DNA of 64,000 bases, from NCBI RefSeq assembly GCF_964194025.1, contig NC_134475.1:16430001-16494000 (forward strand), given 5' to 3'. A model generated the notes under the pieces. That model was not told where the DNA came from, did not search any database, and saw only the letters and a program-made list of their open reading frames with translations. Below, piece by piece: positions 40,002 through 51,799 of the stretch. This stretch comes from Convolutriloba macropyga. Its lineage: Eukaryota. How positions within the stretch are numbered: position 1 is the stretch's first letter; each line of letters opens with the position of its first letter. The translations under genes were made by a program, and so were the position numbers.

Positions 40002-43000
40002 ATGAATCTGCAACCGTCTTCATCCAGTGCATTTTCTGCATCTGAAGTGGTGTTGACGGAGGTCGAAGATCCATATCAGAACGAATCGACGTCATTCGAT
40101 GGTCCTCCACCTGCAAAAAGGCTCAGACTAGTGGGTTCGGGATCCACACATGTCTCGGCGGTCACTGACGCAAACCAGGCAGCTAGTGATCCTATTCTGG
40201 AAGAGCTGTTTGGTGAGAAATAATTGGAAATCCTGTGTATGAATTTTTAACAAGATGAGAGCGGGCTGTTGAGCAGTCTAGGAGAGTTGTCTTGGAATTG
40301 TCATTTTTTAGCTAATTGAAGCTAAATGAAAAATTGAATGATTTAGATGTTTAAGAATCTGGTTGCTATTCCGTCAAAATTAGAGGCAATTTTATGAGCT
40401 GGAGGTAAAATTATAAGTGCCAGTTGAATGCAGGTAAAAGTTAAAATAATTTAACGTTTCTCAAGATGAGCTTGCATCTCGTAAAGAAGGAATGGGTATA
40501 TAATAATAGTAATTGTGGTTCCTGCGTAATCGCAGTGGAACATCATTAGGCCTACAGTAGCCTGTTCAAAGCTACCTTTTTTCTCATTATTCCCCACATT
40601 TCAGACTGATCTTTTTATGAGCAGCATTGCTCTTTTTTTGTACCTATAGCCAAAAAAGAATAATGCTGCTCATAAAAAGAATAATGCTGCTCATAAAAAG
40701 AATAATGCTGCTCAATCTGAAATGTGGGGAATAATGAGAAAAAGGGCAGCTGAGAGCAGGTTACTGTAGGCCTAATGCTGTTCCGCTGCGATTTCGTAAT
40801 TTCAGTCGTTTTTCGGGGATATTTTTTGGTTATTTTTGCCACGTTTTAGTCAAAGGAATACTGTTTCATTTTGAACCTTATTTTAGGCACACTGAAAGTA
40901 TCTCACGCAGTGCCACAGGATCAATTGAGGAACCTCTCGTCCGAAGAACAAGTCAGAACTCTGCGTTCTACCATCACCCAGTTGCAATCGGAGAAACCCT
41001 TGGAAACTCGAATGGCAGCTGCCAACTATCTTTTGAACGTTGCAATCAACACCAACATTCCGAACAAGCTTATTTTCTCACTTTTTGAACTAGTACAGCA
41101 ATCAGAAATACCAGATGCATTGTTAAGCATTCTTCTCCGAATTCTATGGATTATCGCGAACGAGAGCTTGTTAGTAAAAAGCATGCTGGTCAAGATTTGC
41201 GTGAAGTTGCTAAGTTCCAATTTAAACAGAGTGGCTCGAATTGCTTGTCTTGAGATACTGGGTGACGTTGCCGATGTCGCGGCAGACAGTTCACAGATGT
41301 TGAAAATATTCGAAGAGTTTGCTCAAAGTCACGATTCTCGAATCAGGCGAGCTGTTGTTGAAATGATTTGTGGTTATGACTCGAGAGGTGGTAAAATATC
41401 GCTTGCTGTTTACCATAGATGCCTTGACTTGCTGAAAGACGAAAATGAAAAAGTTCGAATTGGTGCTATTAAAATCATGTCGAGTTATGCTAATAAATCG
41501 CCGAACGTCAAGATTACAATTGGTGATAAAGGCGATGATTATATGCGATTAGAAGAACATGCATTTTCTCAAATTTGCGAACTGGTCAATGATATTCAAG
41601 TTCCAGTTCGCGTTACGTCTGTCAGTATTCTGAGAAACTTCATAGGCGTCGATCAGAAATTTTTGCAGCAGACTTTAGGGAACTGTTTCCTTTCGCCTGA
41701 GGATTAAAATTTTGTTTTCACAAGTATGGAAAATGGGAGTTCATTTTCATGGGTTTTCCCTTGATGGTATTTTTCCTATCTGAAATGGGTGGTTATTTTC
41801 TTTGGAGCTCACACCGATTTCTTTCGAAATCGGTGTGAGCATATTGGTGCGCATATTTACCATCAAAAGATTTTGCAAAGCCTATGCTGTGGAGGTAGCT
41901 ATTGGTGCATTGTGAAGGGGAGAGTGAGTAAAGTTGTTGGCTCCTTGGCATCATTGCATCATGAAAAATAAATGGCCGTCATTATAGCATAATTGTTGCT
42001 ATTGACGGGTAACCCCCCTTAAACTATCGGGGCTAGTAGACTAAGTAGACTATAATACGAGGGAACCAAAATAGCAATTATAGATGATTAAATTCTACCA
42101 AGGGGAAAGGAAACAATTCCGCTTTTAGACAAGCAATTGATGTCACAGTTGCGAACGAAGCGTAGCTCCCATCAGAAGAACGCCGAGTTGGTTCGAAGTG
42201 GTGCTTACAGCTCAGGTAGACGGTGGGGAGACGATGCACCTCTTGATAATGTAGACGAACAGTCCTTGTCGCTTATAAGCTCGGGCGCTTGTGGAGCTTT
42301 AGTTCATGGTTTAGAGGACGAATTCAAAGAAGTCAGAATTGCTACTGTTGAAACTTTGAGCCACCTTTCGAGTAATCGAAGTACGTTTGCAAAAGAAGCT
42401 CTGGATTTTTTCATTGATATGTTAAACGATGAGATTGAATTGGTTAGAGTGAAAGCGTTGGAAAGCTTGGCGAACATTTCACACCATGCCGTGTTGAGAA
42501 AAGACCAGGTTGTGGATACTTTGAGTTGTTTGGACGATTATTCGGATATTGTGAGAGAGAAAGTGCATTATTTATTGAGGAAAATTCAATTTGAAGAGAT
42601 GGGTTGCCTGAAGTTGACGTTGCAGCGTCTGATGAGGAATTTGAAGAAGTACCCGCTCGATAAAACTTCCATTTATGGTGCTCTGAAGTACCTGGGTTCT
42701 AAGCATTCAAATTTTGTCATTCCTTATAGTAAGTGCGATGGTATTTCCTTTTTTTAGTGAATCATTTAAAAAGGAAAGTGAGCCTTTACCTTATAATATG
42801 AACATCTAGAATTGATCTTTCTGCTGCTAAATTTGATTTATAATGGCCGGGCATACCTCTTATTAAGCGACATTGAGCGATATCACTGATATCACTTAAA
42901 ACGTGCGTAGATATAACCAGGTTTGTGTTGCAATTAAGTTCGTTTCGTAAGCCCTTATAACAAATCAATTGTTTTAGATCATTTTTGCATTTGTTTATGC

Positions 43001-46000
43001 TGAATTTGTTTAACCTGAAATATTACGCTATGCGAGTCTGCAGCTGGCGGATATACGACAAATAAGACTAGCTAAATGTACTCTTGATTGTGAATGTTTC
43101 AGTGAAAGAGCTGTTATGTGCACATCCTTTTTTGGACACTACTGAACCCAATGTCTCAGATCCCTTCTACATCGCAATTATGATCCTAGTTCTCAATGCT
43201 GCCCACTCAACCAGCAGCATCATTGGACTATTCCCCCCATTCATAAACCAACATCACCAGTTTCTCAAGGAATTGCACCCAGAGTTTATACCTGATCTGG
43301 ATCTGAATAAAAACTCATTGAGGTTCTGTTACCGGAGACCAGAAAGTGCAATCAAGTTTCAAGATGTAAATGTGATTGCTCGAAAACAGTACGAATCGGT
43401 GGTGGAAAAACTGAAAGCGTCTGGTGGTAAAATAACAATAAGCTTGCTGAAAAATTTATTGCGTGACCTAGAACATTTGAAAAATTGTGACAAAACATCT
43501 GGACCGGCCAATTTTCTCTGTGCATCTTTGAAAATAACAATAGCTATGACAAAAGTTTTCGAGAAATTAAAATCGTTAACACCGACAAGCCAACTTACAT
43601 TGTCTGATGAGTCAGTTTTTTCTGATCTGAAACGATGTGTTAGTTTCAGTTTTTACTTGGAGGGCATTTTTAATGGTTTGTCCACTGAAACTGTTTCAAA
43701 CATTCTCGAAAATCGATGCATTGCGTCTACCCTTATAGTATTGTTTACGCTATTGAAAGAATCTAATGACATGGCTGGTGGTGAAAAGGCTTTACTGTGC
43801 AAGAATTTTGCTGAGAATGTTCGGAGTTTCAGATTGCGTATTACATCTTCAAGATTACTGCAAGGTCAATTTAGCACTGATCTTCTAAAGCCATTATTGG
43901 AGATTGATCCTTCAAAGTTGACGTTAATTTGTAAGTTTCTGCATCCATTGTTACTGGAAAGTGCTCAAGTGGCCGTTAGAACTATGGTACTTACATCAAA
44001 TGAGTTTGCAACAGGAGTGTCAATGGCGAAGGCAGTTATTAACCATCCACAGAGCTCAGACAGAGTTGAGTCTTTTATGGCTGGTCTGCTGTTGGCTTTG
44101 CGATTAGGTAAATATGAAAACGATAGATATATACGATGATGGTAGTAGCATTTATGTGGTTCTTGATTATTCAGAATTTAAGCCGCCAGCTTCATTTGCG
44201 TGTTTACTAGTGGAATTCAATTCAAACGTGAACCAAATTTGGTGCCAGTTTTTTTATTAATAGCCGCCCTCATCTTCTCAGCCGGCTATTATAGCGCTCC
44301 TATTACGACTCGAAGAGGAGTATTGGAGAAGTCCTTTTTTTTAATCAATTTTATTGGAGTGATTTTTGAAGCGGGAAATGAAACGCATGAAAAAATTTGG
44401 AGTGATTTTTGTGCTGAACAAAAGTGAAGAGCGGAGCGAAAGGAGAGTGGTTTTTGTTCATACCGCTGTTTTTGAGAGAGCGAGAAATTGATGTGTGAAA
44501 AAATTTTCTCTAAGCGAGAGAAATTTTTTTGTTCACGTGCGGCATTTTAAAGCAGTTTTTTTTCATTTCTTTTGGTTAAGAGGTTTGGTTATGATTTTGT
44601 TTTAATTTTAGGCTGGTTTTGGTAGTGTTTTGAAGGTTTTTGGAAACTCATGTGAATTTTATGATAATTCGGAGGTTTTTAATGTATTTTACTGATTTTC
44701 GGGCTAATTTTTGCGTTTTTTGACGATTATTTTGTTTTACTGGCTCAAATGGGTATTGAAGAAACCCCTTCTACTTGAGCAATTTTATGATAACAATTGG
44801 TTATAGTTTTGTGCGTAAGAATCATTTTTTTGTTGAGAAATATGACAAAAAAATTCTGAAAATTGGAACTATTTTTCTTATTTTTTTTTGCAGTTTTTCG
44901 TTTTCTTTCTGTTTTTAGCTAAGTATCTTTGCCTATTATGACTTGCCTATTGTTTTGCGAGCATCTGGATACCCTTATGGCTGAAGGGAGTTTCTCTTTG
45001 GATTTATATGTATTTGAAATATTAAAAAAATTAGTGACTTTTTCCACTTTTTCAGTGGAAGTTGTTTTTTTTTCATAATTTTAGCCTAAAGTATTTTTCA
45101 TAATTCACATAAGTGATTTTTGTAAGTACTAGTTGTTTTGATGAAGTTATTTTGGCAGAGATAGTTTTTTCGGGATCTCAATTTATAACAAAATTTGATC
45201 AGATTTTTTATCATATTTTAACAAATTTGATTTTATTGTTTTTACTTTTTTGTTTGATGACTTTGTTTCAAGATAATCATAAATTAGTGAAGGCACGTTT
45301 TGTGTGATGTGTAGGTGTATGGCGTTTAAATGGATTTTCACTTCGAGTCGTTTCCGGAATTCTTCCGGCTATGTTTTTTTTTACTTCGTCGAATAAAAAA
45401 ATGTTTCGCTTTACCTCATTTTGCCGCTTTTTCAACTTTTTGCGTGATATCTTTTTGACTTCTCTAGGCTAGTTTCTCTCTTCTCTCATTCTGCTAAAAT
45501 TGATTTTGAACATCAGTTGCTCAGCAAAGCAATTCAAAATGAACAGAGTCAGTATAAAAAATTGAAGTCAGAAGTAGAAACGGGATAAACCCATAAAGCC
45601 CAATTTTAGATGCCCGCTATTTGAACGTCGTTCCTGTAAGTCTTAGTTACCATCTCTAATGCTTATTGGTATTGATAGTAGCCCCTGTAGCCTCTCTCTG
45701 AGAAACAGAAGTACGTTATGTTCAACTACGAAATGCCATCAAATTAAATCGGACTTAAAAAATGTTTTTGTACAAAAATCTTTTTTTTTTAATATCTTCT
45801 ATTCTTCCAATCCCAATCATGCTTATTGGAATCAACGGCGGCTATTTTCCGGCAATCTGTCGGGTATGTTTTTAAATCGTGGTAGTGGTCAATGCAAAGC
45901 TCGAATGGTTGAAGTAAGGTTCAGTTTACCCCGTCTGTTGGTCTAGAACAATTCGACCGACCTTAATCGGTTATTAATAGCCGCACAGCGATAGCTGGCG

Positions 46001-49000
46001 CTATTATGGGCCTTATCTTGTTTATTTTACAATTCAAAGAATTTGAATTGTATTGGGGAGGTGCCTTTTTTAAGATCTGTTCACACATTTTCATTATTTT
46101 TGAATTCAAATTGAAGCGATGATTTTGGTCACGACGAAACAGGAAGTGAAGCGACAAAGCGAGTGGTTTTGCGGCGTGAAGTTTTTGCATTATAATTTTT
46201 AAATCGAGTGAGAAAAGGTTCATGAACAAAACTTCGCTTTCTCGCTAGTGGTTTTCTGTTCACATGCGGCATTTTGTTTATTATTAATTCCTCTCGAACG
46301 AAGTTCGTAGCAATTATTGTAAAGCTGTTAGTCCTTTTTAAGCAAATTCTTCGCTTGACCGTTTTGCGCTTTTCTAGATTATTCTGTGACTTATCAAGTA
46401 ACTTTGTTCATTTATGAGTGATATCTGTTGCTCTCACTCCGAAGTAAAGCTTGTTGTTAAAATGAAATCGATTGCAGCAGAGCTAAACTAAGGCCGAGTG
46501 AGCCCTGCTTCTGCTCAGGGATCGGTAGGCGTGGTCGAATCCCGGCGTGGCAATGTTTTTTTGCTCCCATAAAGAAAATTTTATCTAGGCTACGCCCCTG
46601 AATTAAATTGCCTCGCCTGTTTGAGAGCAGTTCTTCAGACATTAGTCGGTTTATGTTTTTTAAAATATTTTTCGATATTTTTCAAATAGTTTTCACAATC
46701 CAGTCATGATCCATTCTAGGTCTAGTTTTTTGTTTGAACCAAATTTTATTTTCCCGCTAATGGTTTTATGTTCATGTGCAGCCTTTTTTGTTTGGTTTTT
46801 TTCCAATTTTATTGATGAGATTTTTTTTAATGACTTTTCCAATCCCGTCATAATCCATTATAAATCTAGTTTCTTTATTCAGTCAATGAAAATTCTTTGA
46901 ATTGTTGGTCAGGACTTCGTCCTGCTATGTTTTTTCCGTCATGATTTTTGTTACGACCATATGACGTCACAGCCACTTCAAATATGCTTTTTTAAAATAT
47001 TGCAGATCTACGAAGCTATTGCGGCTGTTTTCTGGCAATCTGGCAGCTAGGTTATTTTCCTGTTCAGAAATTTGCTCGTGGGGATGCATATGTTCAACAT
47101 TTTCCCCCAATTTTTGCTCATTGTTGACAGTAGTGTTGTTGTGCTTACAGAGGGTTGCTGAGTAGAAGATAGAAGAGGGTTACTGACTTGTCTGATCAGA
47201 CTTATTTGGCTAAGATTTTAGAGTATTCAGATTTTTTGTAGAAAGTTTTTTCTAATTTTGCCGGAACAATCTGCGTCAGATCGAATGAGGGCTATTAGTA
47301 CTTCCAAAGATATTGTGGATTTGAATTTTTGCCTGTTTTTAGCTTGTTTTTGTTGTTGCTCTGACTTGTATTTCAAGAATTGTCTCGTTTTAATTTTAAG
47401 ACGTTTTAAAGAGGTTTCAATTTTGTTAACAGCCTTTTGATCTCACTGATTTTAATTTCCCCCTATTTTTGGCGGAGTTTTAGCGAAAGTGTTGTTGGCT
47501 GTACCTCTTTGAAGACAGAAGAGGGTTGCTGAATTGTTTTGATCGGACTTATTCGGCTAAATTTTTTGACGATTTAGCATAGCAAATATCAAACATCAAA
47601 GACATAGATATGTGCAAGATTCTTATAGCGGGTTTACTTGTTTATTAGCCTTAACTTCATAAATTGAAATTTGCTATTTGTCAATTATCCTTTTATTCCT
47701 TTTCGTAATTTTGTCTCATTTTTTGCTGGTGAAATTGATGTACGCTTTTTTGAGGACGTCTAGAGTGATTTAAATGAACTCATAATTGAATGTGCTTACT
47801 TTAAAACCACTAATTTTCGAAAAAAAATGTTCTCATTTTTTCATAGTCCTAACTATTTCTCCGGTTCATTTTTAGTTGTATATGCCTCGATGCTTTGTGA
47901 CATTTAAAATCTTTTATTCAGTGTAAAGAACTCTCCTGATTTTCATCGAATCCAGTGTATTGAAATTTGATTCGGAATGTTTGTTCATTGTTTCGGAATA
48001 TTTGTTTTATGTTCAATGTTTGTCTTGACAGTCTTTTTATAGCTGCGAAGCTGTAAGCTGAGCGTAGCTATATTGCGGTGCTCTTGGTTTTTTTTTTGTT
48101 TCGTCGTCTGATGCTTCATTTTCGTTTTACATTTGTTCTAGAACATTCTGTCTCGTCACTGCTTAAATGGCTTTTTCGCGCTTGATTTCACGCTTTCTGC
48201 GTGACCTAAATGGCGGTTATTCAGAAACAGAATCTGTTCCTAAAACAAATTTGATTTTAAGAAAACAGATTGTATGGTCTGACAGCCGAGTGGTTAAGGC
48301 GACTGGCTGTTAATCCGGAGATCGCCGGTTCGAGGCGCGACAGGGAAACTTTTTTTGCACCCAAAAACAACCTCCTTTGAAATAAACTTGTAAGTTTTAT
48401 AGGCGGCGGCGATAGCTATTATCAACTCACTTCTGTATCTTTTTCCATCTGTATTTTACGGCACGCAAGTCTATTTCGCAGCTATTCCGGCAATCTGCCG
48501 GCTATGTTTTCAACTTTTGGAAGTCAATGAGAAGCGAATGGCAGATGTCAGTGCGCAGCTAATACTTTTTGAGTGGTTATCTTCCTTAAAGCACAAGTAA
48601 TTTTTCAATTTATACCTGTTTGTTTTCCTTTTGTCTTTTTACTAAGTCTCAATAATGGCTGATTTGATTGACTTTCTAATGAGGCATGAGTCGGTTTATT
48701 CAATGTTTCTATTTGGTAGCGTTTGGTTTTTATGACTTTGTCATTCTGTATTCTCTTGAATTACGGGTTAATTTTGTAGTTCGTATTTATGGGCTGTTCT
48801 GTTGTGTAATCGCTTAGTTTAGAAAACGACGGGCCCTATATGCTTCCCAATGGATGGAAAAGAAAACAAACTTTCATTTTTGCAGTTCATAGTTTTTCTT
48901 TTTATCACTGTTTACAAAATTCTGTTTGATTTTTATTTTTTGTGCACATATTTGTTGTTCTACTTGCTTCTGTATCCCTTTACGTGAATTGAGCTGGGTC

Positions 49001-51040
49001 ACATTGACTCTCAATCTTTTGAACGATTTCCTATAATAGCTAATGGTTGTAGCGACATTGGACCATACTGCCTGCTATAAATGTCACTGGCTTTTAGTTT
49101 TTGGTTGTTCTGTTGTGCTGTCACTTGGTCACATTGGCTATTTTTTGAGCATAGTTGAAACTTTTGAGCTGTTCAACGGTTTTGTCCCATTTCTAATAAT
49201 TTGGAAAATTTTTCAACTTTTCGAAAAAAATTGTTTCGAATTTTGATAGTTTTTCTAGTTTTCTTTTGTTGCCGTTCTTGTTTTCTTTTGTTTTCGCATT
49301 CATGACTTTTTGCGTGTCGACTTTTCGATGCGGATAGATTGAATCTATTCGATTTGTAAAGGCGGTAGTCTGAACGCCCATGGAGCTTCTTTTTGTAAAT
49401 ACGGACTAAGTCATCAATAGTTTTTAAAACTAAATGGGAAAAAGACCTTTTCTATATTCTTTGTTTTATCTTTATCTTTTTGTGTTGTAGTGTATGCTTT
49501 TTTGGCCATCGATGGCTGTTCTTCTAATTAAGTTGAAAGCGCGGCCTTCAGTTTGTCAAATTTTTTGGGTGTGTTTTGCAGGATTTTTTGGTATTTTTTA
49601 ATTCGTCGTCTTCGATTATTGTTGCGACCCTCAAATCACGCTGCAACAAGTAAACATGACTTTTGTTGACTTTTTCCGTTCAGCCGCTGATTTCTTGTTC
49701 TGACAAAATCAGGTGATTCCTTAATAAGAATTGTTTTTTAATGAGAACTTCTTTAGAGTTGCGTTCGATCGAGACCAAACTTTTCGATCCCTTCAATATT
49801 TATCTTTTGCGGTGAAATACAAAAACCAACTTGACTGGTATTATCAGCACTGGTATACATGTCCGTCGTTGTTTCAGATGCCATCGAGTTTTAAATTACA
49901 GAGCATTAATTATGTAATTTTAAATATTGCTATCTGCTCGTTAGTAATTTGAAATATTTTTGTCTGCATTTGGTTTGGTACACTATTATGCCAAAAGGTA
50001 GGATGATTGAAGTAGGAACATTGTGCAAACGCACAATAGCGAGCCTCCTTGTCCGAATGGAAACATTAAGAGAAATGGAAGGGATTTTTACGGGACGACT
50101 TACTTTGGTCATGACTCCGCCATGCAATTGATCAGAACGTTCGTTTGTTTACCGATGAAACGTGAAAATGGTGCAAATCGTTCTTTTTAAATTTTTTGAA
50201 GCTCCGGAAGTTGCATTCAAGTTTTTAGTAACGAATTATGTATCTAATCGTTGAGGCCACGCAGCCAGCTGTCTGTTTAAACGAGTGATAGCTTAAAAAA
50301 CGTTATTGTATGGTATTTTCATTCCTGTGGTACACTGTTGCTGCCAGCCTAAGAAATAGAAGTCACGAAAGAAAGAGCCACAACTGTCTTGCTTGTTATG
50401 ATCTCGTTCTACAACTTTTTAGCAATATTGTTCTCTTTTGTTTAAGGAGTTTTTTTTAAACAAGTTCATTTTTCATCATTTAATTGTGTTTTTTTTACAG
50501 CTTCGCAAATTTTGTAGTAATTCTGTCGGCTACTTGCGGCGAGAAATCATTATGTGCTTTCGTAAATAAATCCATTCAATAATGTGAGTCGAAACTTTAA
50601 ATGTTTTAGTGAATTGAATTCCATAGATGTTGCTTTAGCTGGTAATTTTGAACGTTGTTGCTTCAGACGTGACGTTAAATAACATTGATGACATCAACAG
50701 AGTTCGAATTGTCTTGACTTATCCCGGTGGAACGGACCAAGTCGTTTCTCCGAGTGCCGACAAGTTCCGAGAAGCTAATGATACTGAAGATGACGAACCC
50801 TCATCGCCAATCAAATCACGGAAGGTTCCAGATCCAAAAGCTCCGAAGACTTTGAAACTGAGCACGACTTGTTTTATTTCTCACTCCTCATGGACGGAGC
50901 CAGCTGATCTGTTGATTGGTGTTTATTTAGCTGTGCCTAACTTGTTTGACTACACCATGTCTGTGACAAGTTCTGAAAAATTGGTATCGATTAGCGAAAG
51001 TGTTAAAATTGTTATTCATCCCAAACCCACAGCGATATAA
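40002..51040 (+). CDS. INTS4: Integrator complex subunit 4 (exons 40002[or 39873]-40212, 40887-41678, 42129-42728, 43103-44107, 50667-51040; ~993 aa)
   Basis: HEAT repeats. Signature segments FLQQTLDKQLMS, SSGRRWGDDAP, SGACGALVHGLEDEF.EVR, HPFLDT.EP...DP.YIA and C-terminal SHSSWTEP...HPKP. All joins are in frame. Confidence 0.92.
40525..40796. mobile_element. Fold-back/MITE-like palindrome in INTS4 intron 1
   Basis: ~85-bp inverted arms (cgcagtggaacatcattaggcctacagta...cattattccccacatttcaga and its reverse complement). The inner arms contain a 21-bp unit tandemly repeated x3. Confidence 0.8.
44254..45872 (+). mobile_element. HINE family 2 element in INTS4 intron 4
   Basis: 5' ttattaatagccgc; 3' gcggctatt + hairpin ccggca-atc-tgtcgg + tatgttt. 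Its internal parts resemble 35700-36550. Confidence 0.55.
45971..47055 (+). mobile_element. HINE family 2 element containing a nested family 1C element (46285-46660)
   Basis: Same family 2 termini. The nested copy has aattcctctcgaac...gagagcagtt + cagacattagtcgg and a tRNA-like remnant. Confidence 0.55.
48276..48350 (+). pseudogene. tRNA-like (Asn-GTT-like) module of a family 1C remnant
   Basis: agccgagtggttaaggc (A box), ctgttaa loop, ggttcga (B box). The acceptor stem does not pair. Confidence 0.55.
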
Positions 51041-51799
51041 AGATCCGTACAATTCTTTGAATATTGAAATTTAGCTTTATTGAAAATTGAGTTTTGCGAA
51101 CAAGGCCAATTTTTCAATTGTTTTCTAACTAAGTTGGTAGCAGTTGCTTGTTTCCTGTTAAGTTATTTTTTGTCTAATTGATTCGAATTCTTGTCCCGAA
51201 AGTTTTCCACGCGTGACTTGATTAACTGACATCGCAAAATACACTGTGTTAAAATGTTTTCCCGGAATTCGTTTTTCGTCTCAGTTAAACCTTTAAACGG
51301 CTGAAATGAATGCGCTAATTAGCGGCAGGTATTAGGAATTTAAATAAGTGAGCTGAAAGTAATTTAATTGCTCTAATTATCTGACTTTAGAAACCCATTT
51401 TCTCAAACGCTTTCATTTGGCGCTGTATAATTCCTCTTCCTACCGTGCACCTTGCTCTCCCGACCTCACTGAATGCGTGAAGGACTTGTTTTGTCATATT
51501 TGACGAGCCTTCCGTAAAATCCGTAAAATAATTCAATGCTCATACGGACCAAACAATTAAGATCATTCATATGTAGCATTTACCTGCTGCCAACGTTTCT
51601 AACTATTTTTAGCGGACTAGCATTCGCAATCTCAGACCGTTCAAGCACAAGCTTGATTTCCTTATTTGTTTTAATTGATGACTTCTGATTCACTTTGGTT
51701 GGTAGAAATTGCGGGTTTTGATTTTACCACTTGTGCAACCTAGCATTTCATTGTAATCTGGAAGTCTCTTATGAACCAGTAGTAAACAGACCCTCGTTG

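Noticed and set aside
41685-42128. Canonical GT-AG intron for INTS4 intron 2
   Set aside because: In frame, but replaces the conserved Asp with GNY, and GTTTCC is itself a poor donor. Disfavoured, not excluded.
42729-43102. End pairing in INTS4 introns 3 and 4
   Set aside because: No convincing complementarity was found. These have near-consensus donors and serve as negative cases.
48276-48350. Functional tRNA-Asn gene
   Set aside because: Acceptor and T stems do not pair, and the flanks match the HINE-C repeat.
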